Position numbers and translations under genes: made by a program
Assembly: GCA_016179745.1 (NCBI GenBank)
Contig: JACPCP010000011.1
Coordinates: forward strand, 41-64,040
DNA from: Candidatus Omnitrophota bacterium
GTDB taxonomy: Bacteria; Omnitrophota; Omnitrophia; Omnitrophales; JACQLI01
Length of the DNA stretch: 64,000 nucleotides
Reading direction: 5' to 3'
The notes under the pieces: model-generated
Database searches by the model: none
What the model was told of the DNA's origin: nothing
What the model saw: only the letters and a program-made list of their open reading frames with translations
Part shown: one piece after another, positions 1 to 7,997 of the stretch
Layout: the number at the start of each line of letters is the position of its first letter
Numbering within the stretch: the first letter of the stretch is position 1

Positions 1-551
1 CTTTGGTGGGAAAGCGCTGAGAATTCGTCCTGGTCTTTGCGTGAAATTTTGAATTCGCTGACTAAATTCTCCGCCGTCTCGCCCATGACCTGGCCGCACA
101 CGGGGTCCGTCAGGCCCTCCCAGATCGTATCAACCAATTGGGAGTGGCGAAGTTTTTTTCCGAACCGGGTGTCCCGGCTGACATAAGGATAGGAAGACAT
201 GCACTCGGTGCCGCCCGCCATCACCACCTCGGCCTCCCCGGCCAAAATGAGATGGGCCGCACTGACGATGGCCTGAAGTCCCGACGCACAATTGCGGGCA
301 ACGGTAAAGGCCGTCACTTCCTTCCGGAGACCCGCCTGGAGGGCGATGACCCGGGCCACGTTGGCGGCGTCGCTCTGCTGACCCACGCAGCCAAAGATGA
401 CCTCCTCCACCCTTTTGGGGTCCAGCCGGGTCCGCTCCAGGAGCGCACGAACCACCGTCTCCCCCAGTTTTTGATTGGTGAAATCCTTGAGGGCCCCGCC
501 CAAATTTCCCTGCGGCGTTCGGACGCCGCCGACGATGACAATCGGATCCAT
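1..551 (-). CDS. acetyl-CoA C-acetyltransferase (thiolase), N-terminal part; gene runs off the left edge
   Basis: Absent from the ORF track because no stop lies in the window. Hand translation of the reverse strand from ATG 551-549 gives MDPIVIVGGVRTPQGNLGGALKDF...FTVARNCASGLQAI...AGGTECMS. This is the thiolase N-terminal domain with the active-site Cys motif. The + strand ORF 138-992 is its antisense shadow. Confidence 0.85.
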   Translation of the reverse strand, partial: MDPIVIVGGVRTPQGNLGGALKDFTNQKLGETVVRALLERTRLDPKRVEEVIFGCVGQQSDAANVARVIALQAGLRKEVTAFTVARNCASGLQAIVSAAHLILAGEAEVVMAGGTECMSSYPYVSRDTRFGKKLRHSQLVDTIWEGLTDPVCGQVMGETAENLVSEFKISRKDQDEFSALSHQ

Positions 552-575
552 GGGCATCAAATTAGCAGATGGCCC

Positions 576-2603
576 TCATTCCACCAAGAGCCTTTTAATT
601 TCCTCCATTTGCTCGGCTGTCCTTTTCTCCCCTTCCCGAATAAACTTTTCGGAACGATAAAATTCCGCCCAGTGTCCCTCAGGGGCCACGGGCCGGATCA
701 AAACATCGGCCTCCTGGCTCGAAACCTGGGCAATCTCATACTCCATAAACTGAATGGTGCTCATGATGACGTTAAAGATATTGCCGGAAAAATACCGGCT
801 CGTCTTCTCCGAAAGAGACCTGAGAAACCGTTTCAGAAAACCGTCCTGGGGCCGTTTTCTAAAAAACTCTTTTCTTCTTTCGGCCAGAAAACGGCTTTTT
901 TGAACCCGGTCGTCAGGACCGCAAAGCACATTGACGGCAATGATCTTCTTCACCCCCATCTTGGCCAGGGCATCAATGGGCATCGGGTCTAGGATTCCGC
1001 CGTCAATCAAAAGCTCCCCCCGGTAATGGCAGGGCCTGAAAATTCCCGGGATCGAGATGCTGGCCCTCAAGGCGTCCACGACACGCCCGCTTTCGAAGAC
1101 TACCGGCTGAGAGGTCGTCAGGCTGGAGGCCACAATTTTAACGGGAACCCGCAAGTCCTGAAACGTCCGGTTTCCCAAATAGGATTCCATAAAGCGAGCG
1201 ACCTGCCGGCCGTGAAAAAATCCGTGATGGGGAAGCGAAAGGTCCCGAAACCCCACCAGTTTAAAAAATGCGTGGTGACGGTTTAAGCTTTGAGCGATCT
1301 TCTCCAGATCACTGGCCCGGTAACCCGCCGCCCAAAAAGCGGCCACGAGCGCCCCCATGCTGGATCCGGCCAGAATGTCGACGGGGATATTTTCCTTTTC
1401 CAGGGTCCGAAGAACTCCGATGTGGGCCAGCCCGTAGGCGGCCCCGCTTCCGAGAACGAGCCCCAGGAGCGTCCCTGCCAGTTCCTTGCTGATAAACCGC
1501 AGGGCGGCATGATAGCGCTCCGGCTCCCGGTTTCGGGAAGGGAGAGCATGAAAGACTTTTAGACCCAGAGACTGTTCCGTGGATTCATAGTTAATCGCCT
1601 GTGAGTCGGCGGGTTCAGGAAAAATAACCTTGATTTCATTCTTGGCAAATCCGTAAGTCTTTTCGATTTCATGAATGACCGGCGCAGAACCGGAAAGAAT
1701 GCTTGGGCTGGGGTCGATCAGACAATAGACCGTGTCCGAATGCTTGAGAATCTTCCAAGAAGCGTCACCCGAACCGTTTCCGAGGCGGATCAAAAGGTAA
1801 TCAAAACGATAGGTGAGAAAGGTGAGAAAAGAGGCGAGCTTCTTCTCGCCCCCCTCCCCCTTTTCCGCTTCGACGGAGACATATTGAAACCCGGCCGGAC
1901 AATCCACAAGAGCGGGCTTTAATTCCGACTCCTGGGCGGGGTCAATTTTAGCCAGGGAAAGGCGGGATCTCGGCCGGCTCTGGAGATTGTGGGAAGAACC
2001 CGATTCAAAGGCTAAAAAATCAATGAAGACGACACGGGATTTGGTTTCACGGACAAGATTCGTGGCCAAGTCATAAAGGAACTGAAAACTCTCCGTCGCC
2101 GGCAGAACACTGTAAAGTGCGGCCACCTTCACTTCCTGCTTTTTCCGGCCCGCCCCCTCTATTTTCGTGAGGCGGTGGCCCAGGGTCCGGCTCAGGTGGA
2201 GGGAAAGCGAAGGGATCTCCGAGAGGGTGCTCATAAAATCCGCCTTTTCCAGCTTGAGCAATAACCCGTCCGAACGGGCTTCGACCGAGGCGCTGTGAGA
2301 CTGGTCGGTCAAAAGCGACGACTCGCCGAAATAATCCCCCCGGTAAAGGTAAATGAGGGTCTTCTCTTCCTCTCCCCGGACTTTCTGAAACACCCGGAAT
2401 CGCCCGGACACGATCACGTAAAAGGCGTCTGCCGGCTTGCCCTCGTGATAAACAATGTCTCCCCGTCTGCATTCCACGTGCCGGATTTTCTTTTCGATCA
2501 GACGGATTTCAGCGGGAGAGAGGGAGGAAAACAGCGGGATTTCGCTGAAGGCGTAACCCTTGCTGACTTCTAATTTTCGGCCGAAGGAAAAGAGTCCCAT
2601 CAA
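576..2603 (-). CDS. cyclic-nucleotide-binding domain / patatin-like phospholipase fusion protein
   Basis: 675-aa ORF. The N-terminus resembles a CAP-type cNMP-binding domain (FSSLSPAEIRLIEKK...GDIVYHEGKPADAFYVIVSGRFRV...GDYFGESSLL). The C-terminal half carries the patatin oxyanion motif GLVLGSGAAYG and the lipase serine motif GSSMG. Confidence 0.85.
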   Translation of the reverse strand: MMGLFSFGRKLEVSKGYAFSEIPLFSSLSPAEIRLIEKKIRHVECRRGDIVYHEGKPADAFYVIVSGRFRVFQKVRGEEEKTLIYLYRGDYFGESSLLTDQSHSASVEARSDGLLLKLEKADFMSTLSEIPSLSLHLSRTLGHRLTKIEGAGRKKQEVKVAALYSVLPATESFQFLYDLATNLVRETKSRVVFIDFLAFESGSSHNLQSRPRSRLSLAKIDPAQESELKPALVDCPAGFQYVSVEAEKGEGGEKKLASFLTFLTYRFDYLLIRLGNGSGDASWKILKHSDTVYCLIDPSPSILSGSAPVIHEIEKTYGFAKNEIKVIFPEPADSQAINYESTEQSLGLKVFHALPSRNREPERYHAALRFISKELAGTLLGLVLGSGAAYGLAHIGVLRTLEKENIPVDILAGSSMGALVAAFWAAGYRASDLEKIAQSLNRHHAFFKLVGFRDLSLPHHGFFHGRQVARFMESYLGNRTFQDLRVPVKIVASSLTTSQPVVFESGRVVDALRASISIPGIFRPCHYRGELLIDGGILDPMPIDALAKMGVKKIIAVNVLCGPDDRVQKSRFLAERRKEFFRKRPQDGFLKRFLRSLSEKTSRYFSGNIFNVIMSTIQFMEYEIAQVSSQEADVLIRPVAPEGHWAEFYRSEKFIREGEKRTAEQMEEIKRLLVE

Positions 2604-2637
2604 AACTCTTTATCGGCAGTTGGCACCCTTGTCTCCA

Positions 2638-4125
2638 CTAGAGGAGCCGCCTGACCGCCCTCCGCCAGCCGGAAAGTTTTTCGAGGCGCTCCCGGGGTGA
2701 CATTCTCGGTTGAAATTTCCTGTAATGCCGGAAGCGGTCCACGGCACGGGCACTCTTCCAAAGGCCGCACCCCACTCCGGCCAATTTCGCCGCTCCCCAC
2801 GCCGTTGACTCGGTCACGTCGGAACGCAGGACCGGCACCCCCAGAAGATCGGCCTGAAGCTGCATCAAGAAATCATTCCGTGCGGCCCCCCCGTCCACCC
2901 TCACAAAAGGCGGCCTCCGGCCCAAAACGTCGGCCATCACTTCAAAGACATCGGCCGCCTGGTAAGCGATCGACTCCAGGGTGGCCCGGATAATATGTTC
3001 TCTCCGGGTTCCTCGGGTGATTCCAAGAATGGCCCCCCGGGCATGAGGGTCCCAATAGGGCGCCCCCAGTCCCGTGAAGGCCGGGACCACCGTCACGCCT
3101 CCGGTTTCTTTAATCCGCTGGGCGATTCTTTCAGTTTCAGCGGCCTTTCGGATGAACCCCAGTCCGTCCCGCAGCCATTGAATGGCGGCGCCTGCAATGA
3201 AAACGGCTCCTTCAAGGGCGTAAACGGGTTTCCCTTCGAGATCGCAAGCCAGCGTTTCGAGCAAACCTTTTTCCGGGGGCCTCCGGGTTTTTCCCTGGTT
3301 CATCATCAGAAAGCAGCCCGTCCCGTAGGTGTTCTTCATTTCGCCCGCCCGGTAGCACCCCTGCCCGTAAAGCGCCGCCTGTTGATCGCCGACGAGGGCC
3401 CAGATCGGAATTCCTGACTGGAGGGGCCCCCCGCTTGAAGTTTTTCCAAAGGGGTGGTTTGACGGGTGGACCTCGGGCAAAAGCGCTTTTGGAATTCCGA
3501 GGATCTTTAAAAGCTCGTTGTCCCAATCCACCTTCTGGAGATTGAGAAGGAGTGTCCGGGAAGCGTTCGTGGCATCGGTGGCGTGCGCTCGTCCTCCCGT
3601 CAGGTTCCAGAGGATCCACGAGTCAACCGTTCCAAATAGGATTTCACCCCGGAGAGCCCGCCTTTTCAAGGAAGCCGATGCTTCCAGCATCCATTGAATC
3701 TTTGTCCCGGAAAAGTAAGGGTCCAGCAAGAGGCCGGTCTTTCGTCGAAACAGGGCCTCGTATCCCCGCCGCTTCAGCGCTTCGCACCGGCCTGCCGTCC
3801 GTCGGTCCTGCCAGACAATTGCACGGCCCACGGGCCGTCCTGATTTTCTTTCCCAAAGCAAGGTGGTTTCGCGCTGGTTGGTGATTCCGATGCCCGCGAT
3901 TTTTCCCGGAGCACTGTGCGCCCTCTCTCGGGCTTCCCGGACGACCCGGTTGACGGAATCGAGGATTTCACAAGGGTCGTGCTCGACCCACCCCGGCTGC
4001 GGAAAATATTGCCGGAATTCCCGATAGGCGGATCCCCGGATGCGTCCCAGAGAATCGTAGAGGACGGCCCGGCTCCCGGTGGTTCCTTGATCGATTGCAA
4101 GGATGAGAGGCGGGGAAGCGGACAC
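2638..4125 (-). CDS. glpK: glycerol kinase
   Basis: 495 aa. ILAIDQGTTGSRAVLYD N-terminus and FGGY-kinase family similarity throughout (GITNQRETTLLWE, GLGAPYWD). Confidence 0.95.
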   Translation of the reverse strand: MSASPPLILAIDQGTTGSRAVLYDSLGRIRGSAYREFRQYFPQPGWVEHDPCEILDSVNRVVREARERAHSAPGKIAGIGITNQRETTLLWERKSGRPVGRAIVWQDRRTAGRCEALKRRGYEALFRRKTGLLLDPYFSGTKIQWMLEASASLKRRALRGEILFGTVDSWILWNLTGGRAHATDATNASRTLLLNLQKVDWDNELLKILGIPKALLPEVHPSNHPFGKTSSGGPLQSGIPIWALVGDQQAALYGQGCYRAGEMKNTYGTGCFLMMNQGKTRRPPEKGLLETLACDLEGKPVYALEGAVFIAGAAIQWLRDGLGFIRKAAETERIAQRIKETGGVTVVPAFTGLGAPYWDPHARGAILGITRGTRREHIIRATLESIAYQAADVFEVMADVLGRRPPFVRVDGGAARNDFLMQLQADLLGVPVLRSDVTESTAWGAAKLAGVGCGLWKSARAVDRFRHYRKFQPRMSPRERLEKLSGWRRAVRRLL

Positions 4126-4210
4126 TCGGGTTAAGGGTTTATCTTACTCTGAGGTTAAACGTCTGTGGAATCTTGCCTGGGCTCTCGGAAGAAAAAATCG
4201 GGAAGAAAAA

Positions 4211-4603
4211 CTATTCAAGTTCGGAAACTTTTTCGGGATCCGAAAAGTCGTTGACCTTTGTCTCCAGCCAGTGGTTGTAGGCATAATCCAAGACACGGAA
4301 TTTGTCCACGGGGTCCATCAGCATAAACCGAATCCCCGCATCATAGCCCTGGTCTTTTCCCTGAAGTGCCTCACTCCAAACAATCTTGCCGGTGACTCGC
4401 ACGGGCTTGGGATCATCGGGAATGTCCAGCTCCAGATCCAGCGTGGTCCCCAGGGGCAACTGAGTCGGTGAGTTCAGTTTGAGCCCTTCACGGGACAAAT
4501 CCTTGCTCAAGGCAATTCCTCCGTTCTCTTCCGGCTGGGGAGCCTGGTAGCGGACGCTCATATAGGCGTCGAACCGTTTAAACTTACGTCGCTCTTTTTC
4601 CAT
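4211..4603 (-). CDS. PilZ domain protein (putative c-di-GMP receptor)
   Basis: 130 aa. Both canonical PilZ motifs are present: RRKFKR (RxxxR) and DLSREG (DxSxxG). A strong SD (GAGGAGGGG) sits 7 nt upstream of the ATG. Confidence 0.8.
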   Translation of the reverse strand: MEKERRKFKRFDAYMSVRYQAPQPEENGGIALSKDLSREGLKLNSPTQLPLGTTLDLELDIPDDPKPVRVTGKIVWSEALQGKDQGYDAGIRFMLMDPVDKFRVLDYAYNHWLETKVNDFSDPEKVSELE

Positions 4604-4743
4604 CTTTATCCCCTCCTCACAAATGCTCCGCTTTTTTTCGCCGCAAGAATAAGCTTTTGGACCCTTTCCCTCTAAGGATCGTCACTTTACCGTAACTCTT
4701 GATGGTTATAAAAGTTACGACCACTTTCTGAGGGGTCATGGAA

Positions 4744-4772
4744 ACTATAACACACGCTTCCTGGATTTACAA
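4744..4772 (-). promoter_or_regulatory. putative sigma70-type promoter for the PilZ gene (TTGTAA - 17 nt - TATAGT)
   Basis: Read on the reverse strand in the 187-bp lower-GC gap after yajQ. The -35 TTGTAA is the complement of 4767-4772 and the -10 TATAGT is the complement of 4744-4749, with a 17-nt spacer. It predicts a leader of roughly 135 nt. Motif match only. Confidence 0.4.
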
Positions 4773-4790
4773 GGGCCCGGCACGAATTTT

Positions 4791-5288
4791 TTAACGGTAA
4801 TTGACAAACTGGAGGGGGGCTGGAAACGGCAGGGCCTTCAAATGCTGAATGACGCTTTGCAAGTCGTCTTTGGAACGTGAAGTCACGCGCACTTCCTCTC
4901 CCTGGATCGAGGCCTGCACCTTCAAACCGGTGTCCTTCACGGCCCGAACAATCTGCTTGGCCTCTTCGCCCAAAATCCCGATCTTGAGCTTCACCTCTTG
5001 ACGCACCATCCCGTCAAAGGCCTTCTCCTCCTTGCCCCAGTCGAGCGATTTCAGGGCGATCTTCCGGGCCGCCACCCGGGTCTTGAGGATGTCCCGAAGA
5101 TTTTCAAGTTTGAGTTCATCGTCGGCAATCAGGACAATTTTATTTTCGGCCCGGTCCCAGTCCATCCGGCTCTTGCTCCCTCGGAAATCAAATCGCGTGG
5201 ACAATTCTTTCCTGGCCTGGTTCACGGCGTTATCCACTTCCTGCAAATCAACACGGGAAACAATATCGAAGGACGATTCGTTTTTCAC
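4791..5288 (-). CDS. yajQ: YajQ family nucleotide / c-di-GMP-binding protein (UPF0234)
   Basis: 165 aa. SFDIVSRVDLQEVDNAVNQARKELSTRFDFRGSK is the characteristic YajQ N-terminus. The GTG start overlaps the upstream PilZ gene's stop (GTGA, 5285-5288). Confidence 0.9.
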   Translation of the reverse strand: MKNESSFDIVSRVDLQEVDNAVNQARKELSTRFDFRGSKSRMDWDRAENKIVLIADDELKLENLRDILKTRVAARKIALKSLDWGKEEKAFDGMVRQEVKLKIGILGEEAKQIVRAVKDTGLKVQASIQGEEVRVTSRSKDDLQSVIQHLKALPFPAPLQFVNYR

Positions 5289-5656
5289 TGGGGGGCTTCC
5301 TTCTTCCCGGCCCGAGACTCCACATAGGAACGTATGAGCTCCTGATGGCCGGGGTCCATATTCACAAATTCAATCCCTGTATCGTAGCTCTTCTTCCCGG
5401 ATGCGACCTCTTGGGAAGGAACGATCCAGACCACTTTCCCCAAGGACTCCACCCAGGGGAGATGGGGGTCCAGTTCGAGACGAAGGGTGACGAGTGAAAA
5501 TCGTTCGAGGAGATCCTCCAACATAACGCAGATCCCGCCGGCACCGACGTTCTCGGTCCTCCCCTGCAGAATCCGCCCCTGCGGGCGGTCTCGAAGGATG
5601 ACTTCACAGCGGAGGTCGATTCTTGGAAATTTCCGTTTATTGAATCCGTCCCACAT
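5285..5656 (-). CDS. PilZ domain protein (variant second motif)
   Basis: 123 aa. KRKFPR (RxxxR) is present. The second motif reads NVGAGG, with Gly in place of the usual Ser of (D/N)xSxxG. PilZ-like beta-barrel pattern downstream. Confidence 0.7.
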   Translation of the reverse strand: MWDGFNKRKFPRIDLRCEVILRDRPQGRILQGRTENVGAGGICVMLEDLLERFSLVTLRLELDPHLPWVESLGKVVWIVPSQEVASGKKSYDTGIEFVNMDPGHQELIRSYVESRAGKKEAPQ

Positions 5657-5677
5657 GGAAGGGGTTGGAAGCTCCGT

Positions 5678-6475
5678 TCAAAGGCTTCGGACGAAGCTGT
5701 CCGGAAAATTCTGAGAGGCCGGAAGGGCACGGAATTTTTTCAGCTCTGCCTGGGCGTCCTCAAAGGTCTTGAAGGGCCCGAGGAACACGAGATGAAATGT
5801 TTTCCCGCTGGTGCGCCGGAGAGGTTTGCCAAACGCCGGCAGACCCGCCTCGATCATTTGTTTCACCACCCGCTCCCCGTCTGTCTCACGGGCATAAGTG
5901 GCTACCTGCACCACAAAAACCTTTTCTGCCGGCGGCGCCACCGGAGCCGGCTCGCTGACCCTTTCCGGAACCTCCTGCCCCTGGGCGGGGGCCGATTCAA
6001 TCGGAAGAGCGGACGGCCTCTCCGCCCGCTTAGGCGAGGGGCGAAGGAGAGTCGATTCTTCTCGAGGCGTGACGACCCGTGAAGGAGGTTTGGGATTTTT
6101 CATCGCCTCCGTCCGGTAAAGATTCAGGGCATTCACGGAAAGAAACAGGGATGCGGCCACCGTCCCCAGCGCAACCCATCCCATCGTTTTTCGCCCCGTG
6201 ATTCTCTTCAAAATTCCCCACACCGACTGGGCCAGCGTCACGAAGGCGGAACCCGCCTCCTTCCACGGGAAACGGGCGCTTTGATTATTTTTTGATTTCG
6301 TTTCGGGTCCGAGAGAGGACTCCTTGCGGAGAGGGTCGAGAAATTCAGTATTGATTTTCTCTTTGAGGGCGGGTTCTTCTTGATAGCTCCCGTAAAGTTT
6401 TTGCTGGATTTCCTTTTCGGTGAGCGGCCGGAGTGAATCCGGCCCCCGCTTGACCCCCAACCGGACTTTCAACAT
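5678..6475 (-). CDS. SPOR domain membrane protein
   Basis: 265 aa. Central TM segment (GWVALGTVAASLFLSV), a Pro-rich linker, and a C-terminal SPOR-like domain (FVVQVATYARETDGERVVKQMIEAGLPAF...FHLVFLGPFKTFEDAQ). Confidence 0.75.
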   Translation of the reverse strand: MLKVRLGVKRGPDSLRPLTEKEIQQKLYGSYQEEPALKEKINTEFLDPLRKESSLGPETKSKNNQSARFPWKEAGSAFVTLAQSVWGILKRITGRKTMGWVALGTVAASLFLSVNALNLYRTEAMKNPKPPSRVVTPREESTLLRPSPKRAERPSALPIESAPAQGQEVPERVSEPAPVAPPAEKVFVVQVATYARETDGERVVKQMIEAGLPAFGKPLRRTSGKTFHLVFLGPFKTFEDAQAELKKFRALPASQNFPDSFVRSL

Positions 6476-6942
6476 CGTTCCCCCTTGAGCGCCATCGCAA
6501 ATTTCAAGAGTTCTTCTTTTCCCACGGGCACTTTGGCACGGGGTTTAAATCCACGATTTTTGAAAAGTTCGATGGCACCGCTCATTCGTGAAGTGGTCTT
6601 GAAAACCACGTCGTCGTAACCCACTTCCTCACAGAACTCAATGGCCCGGTTCAGGAGCTGGGACCCGATTTTTCTTTTTCGGTATTCGGGGGCCACAAAG
6701 ACCCTCCGGATCAGGGCTACCCGTTCGTCCTCCCGCTTGACGCCAATCGTGCCCACCACCCGCCGGCCGTCTTCGGCCACGAAAAAGGCCTCGCCCAATC
6801 GGCCGTAGGAATCCATCAGGGAATCCAGATCATCGTGGACAAACACCGCCTTCTCCGCTTGAAACTCGCCGTTCATAATCTCATGAATCAGGTTTTTGAC
6901 TGCTGCGATGTCTCTTTCTTCCAGGCGTCGGATCTTGACCAT
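6469..6942 (-). CDS. GNAT family N-acetyltransferase
   Basis: 157 aa. Acetyl-CoA binding motif region RVFVAPEYRKRKIGSQLLNRAIEF. Confidence 0.85.
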   Translation of the reverse strand: MVKIRRLEERDIAAVKNLIHEIMNGEFQAEKAVFVHDDLDSLMDSYGRLGEAFFVAEDGRRVVGTIGVKREDERVALIRRVFVAPEYRKRKIGSQLLNRAIEFCEEVGYDDVVFKTTSRMSGAIELFKNRGFKPRAKVPVGKEELLKFAMALKGERC

Positions 6943-6962
6943 CCTGCGGGCCTATTGGGGGT

Positions 6963-7274
6963 TCATTTGGAGGCTGGCTTGGCCTTCTCGGCGCCGGGCT
7001 TTTTCTTGGCGGCCGGGGCGGCGGCCTGAGGCGCCGGAGCTTGGGCTGCGGCAGCAGCGTTTGGGGCAGCGGCCTCGGTTCCCACGGCCGCCTTTTCCTC
7101 TTTGATCTTCTTCATCTTGATCTTGAGGGATTTCACTTTGGGGAGGCCCAGGGCGGAGGCCCGGTCTTTCCATTTGTCCTGCTCCATCAGCTTCCGGATA
7201 CGCTCGTGCCGCTTGAGAACATTCCGGTGCCGGGTCCGGGTCGGGTCGATCCTCAAACTCGAATGTTGTGACAT
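6963..7274 (-). CDS. small basic protein (resembles the TIGR04137-type family) with an Ala/Pro/Lys-rich tail
   Basis: 103 aa. The N-terminus SLRIDPTRTRHRNVLKRHERIRKLMEQDKW...LGLPKVKS matches my memory of the 'small basic protein' family. The C-terminal ~45 aa is low-complexity A/P/K. The family assignment is from memory only. Confidence 0.6.
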   Translation of the reverse strand: MSQHSSLRIDPTRTRHRNVLKRHERIRKLMEQDKWKDRASALGLPKVKSLKIKMKKIKEEKAAVGTEAAAPNAAAAAQAPAPQAAAPAAKKKPGAEKAKPASK

Positions 7275-7345
7275 GGCGGGCGTATTATACCTGCAGGCGT
7301 AAATTCTGGCCAGTCGAAAGTGTGCCTGGGGTTGGGATCGGAGTC

Positions 7346-7963
7346 TTAGTTTGCGCCGACCGTGAGCGGACGGATATAAGCGTCAGGCGGGGCAAAACCT
7401 TCCTGCTGCAGCCGGGCGAGCCGGCTCACGGCCTCCTGATTGGTCTCAAAGGCCTCCACGCAAACCTGATAGAATTTTCCGCTCTGGATAAAAAAACTCT
7501 TGTATCCCAGGGAGGTGAGGCGCTCAATCTGCTGATCGGCCTGCACACGGCTCTTGTAAGTCACCAGTTGAATGGTGAATTTTCCCGAATCGGGCGAAAA
7601 GGCAACGCCCTCCTCTTGGGGTCCCGCAACCGTGGACTTGGGAAGGGCGGGCTCCACCGTTTTCCGCACTTCGAGTACCGTTTCCACGGGACGGGGGGTC
7701 AGCTTCAGGGTTGCCAACTCCTGAGAAATTTGTTCCCGTTTCTTTTTTTCCGCCCGAAGTTCATCCAAAGCAAACCGCTTGCCTTTTTCGACCCCGAAGG
7801 AAAACACCAGGACATAGAAGACCAGGACCGAGATCCCCAGAATGAAGAGATGGTCCACCCGCACCGTGACTTGAAAACGGTCCAGCCAATTTTTATGAGA
7901 GCTGACAGAAAATTTTGAGGCATCGACCACCGGTCCCGACATTTCAAAAAGTTCCCTTTGCAT
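7346..7963 (-). CDS. SPOR domain membrane protein
   Basis: The tracked ORF (7346-8266) overlaps the glycosidase gene. I place the start at ATG 7963-7961 (MQRELFEMSGP...), checked in the sequence. TM segment HLFILGISVLVFYVLVF. C-terminal SPOR-like domain (FTIQLVTYKSRVQADQQIERLTSLGYKSFF...YQVCVEAFETNQEA). Confidence 0.7.
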   Translation of the reverse strand: MQRELFEMSGPVVDASKFSVSSHKNWLDRFQVTVRVDHLFILGISVLVFYVLVFSFGVEKGKRFALDELRAEKKKREQISQELATLKLTPRPVETVLEVRKTVEPALPKSTVAGPQEEGVAFSPDSGKFTIQLVTYKSRVQADQQIERLTSLGYKSFFIQSGKFYQVCVEAFETNQEAVSRLARLQQEGFAPPDAYIRPLTVGAN

Positions 7964-7997
7964 TTTCTCCTGCGTCCTTTCAGCGTTCCTTGAGCGG

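Noticed and set aside
4604-4743. A possible c-di-GMP riboswitch or other structured leader upstream of the PilZ gene. The region contains a GTAACT...AGTTAC hairpin and a CCCCTC segment complementary to the SD GAGGGG.
   Set aside because: I could not recognise GEMM-I/II consensus features. The complementarities are only 6 nt. It is worth a covariance-model scan but cannot be supported from the sequence alone.
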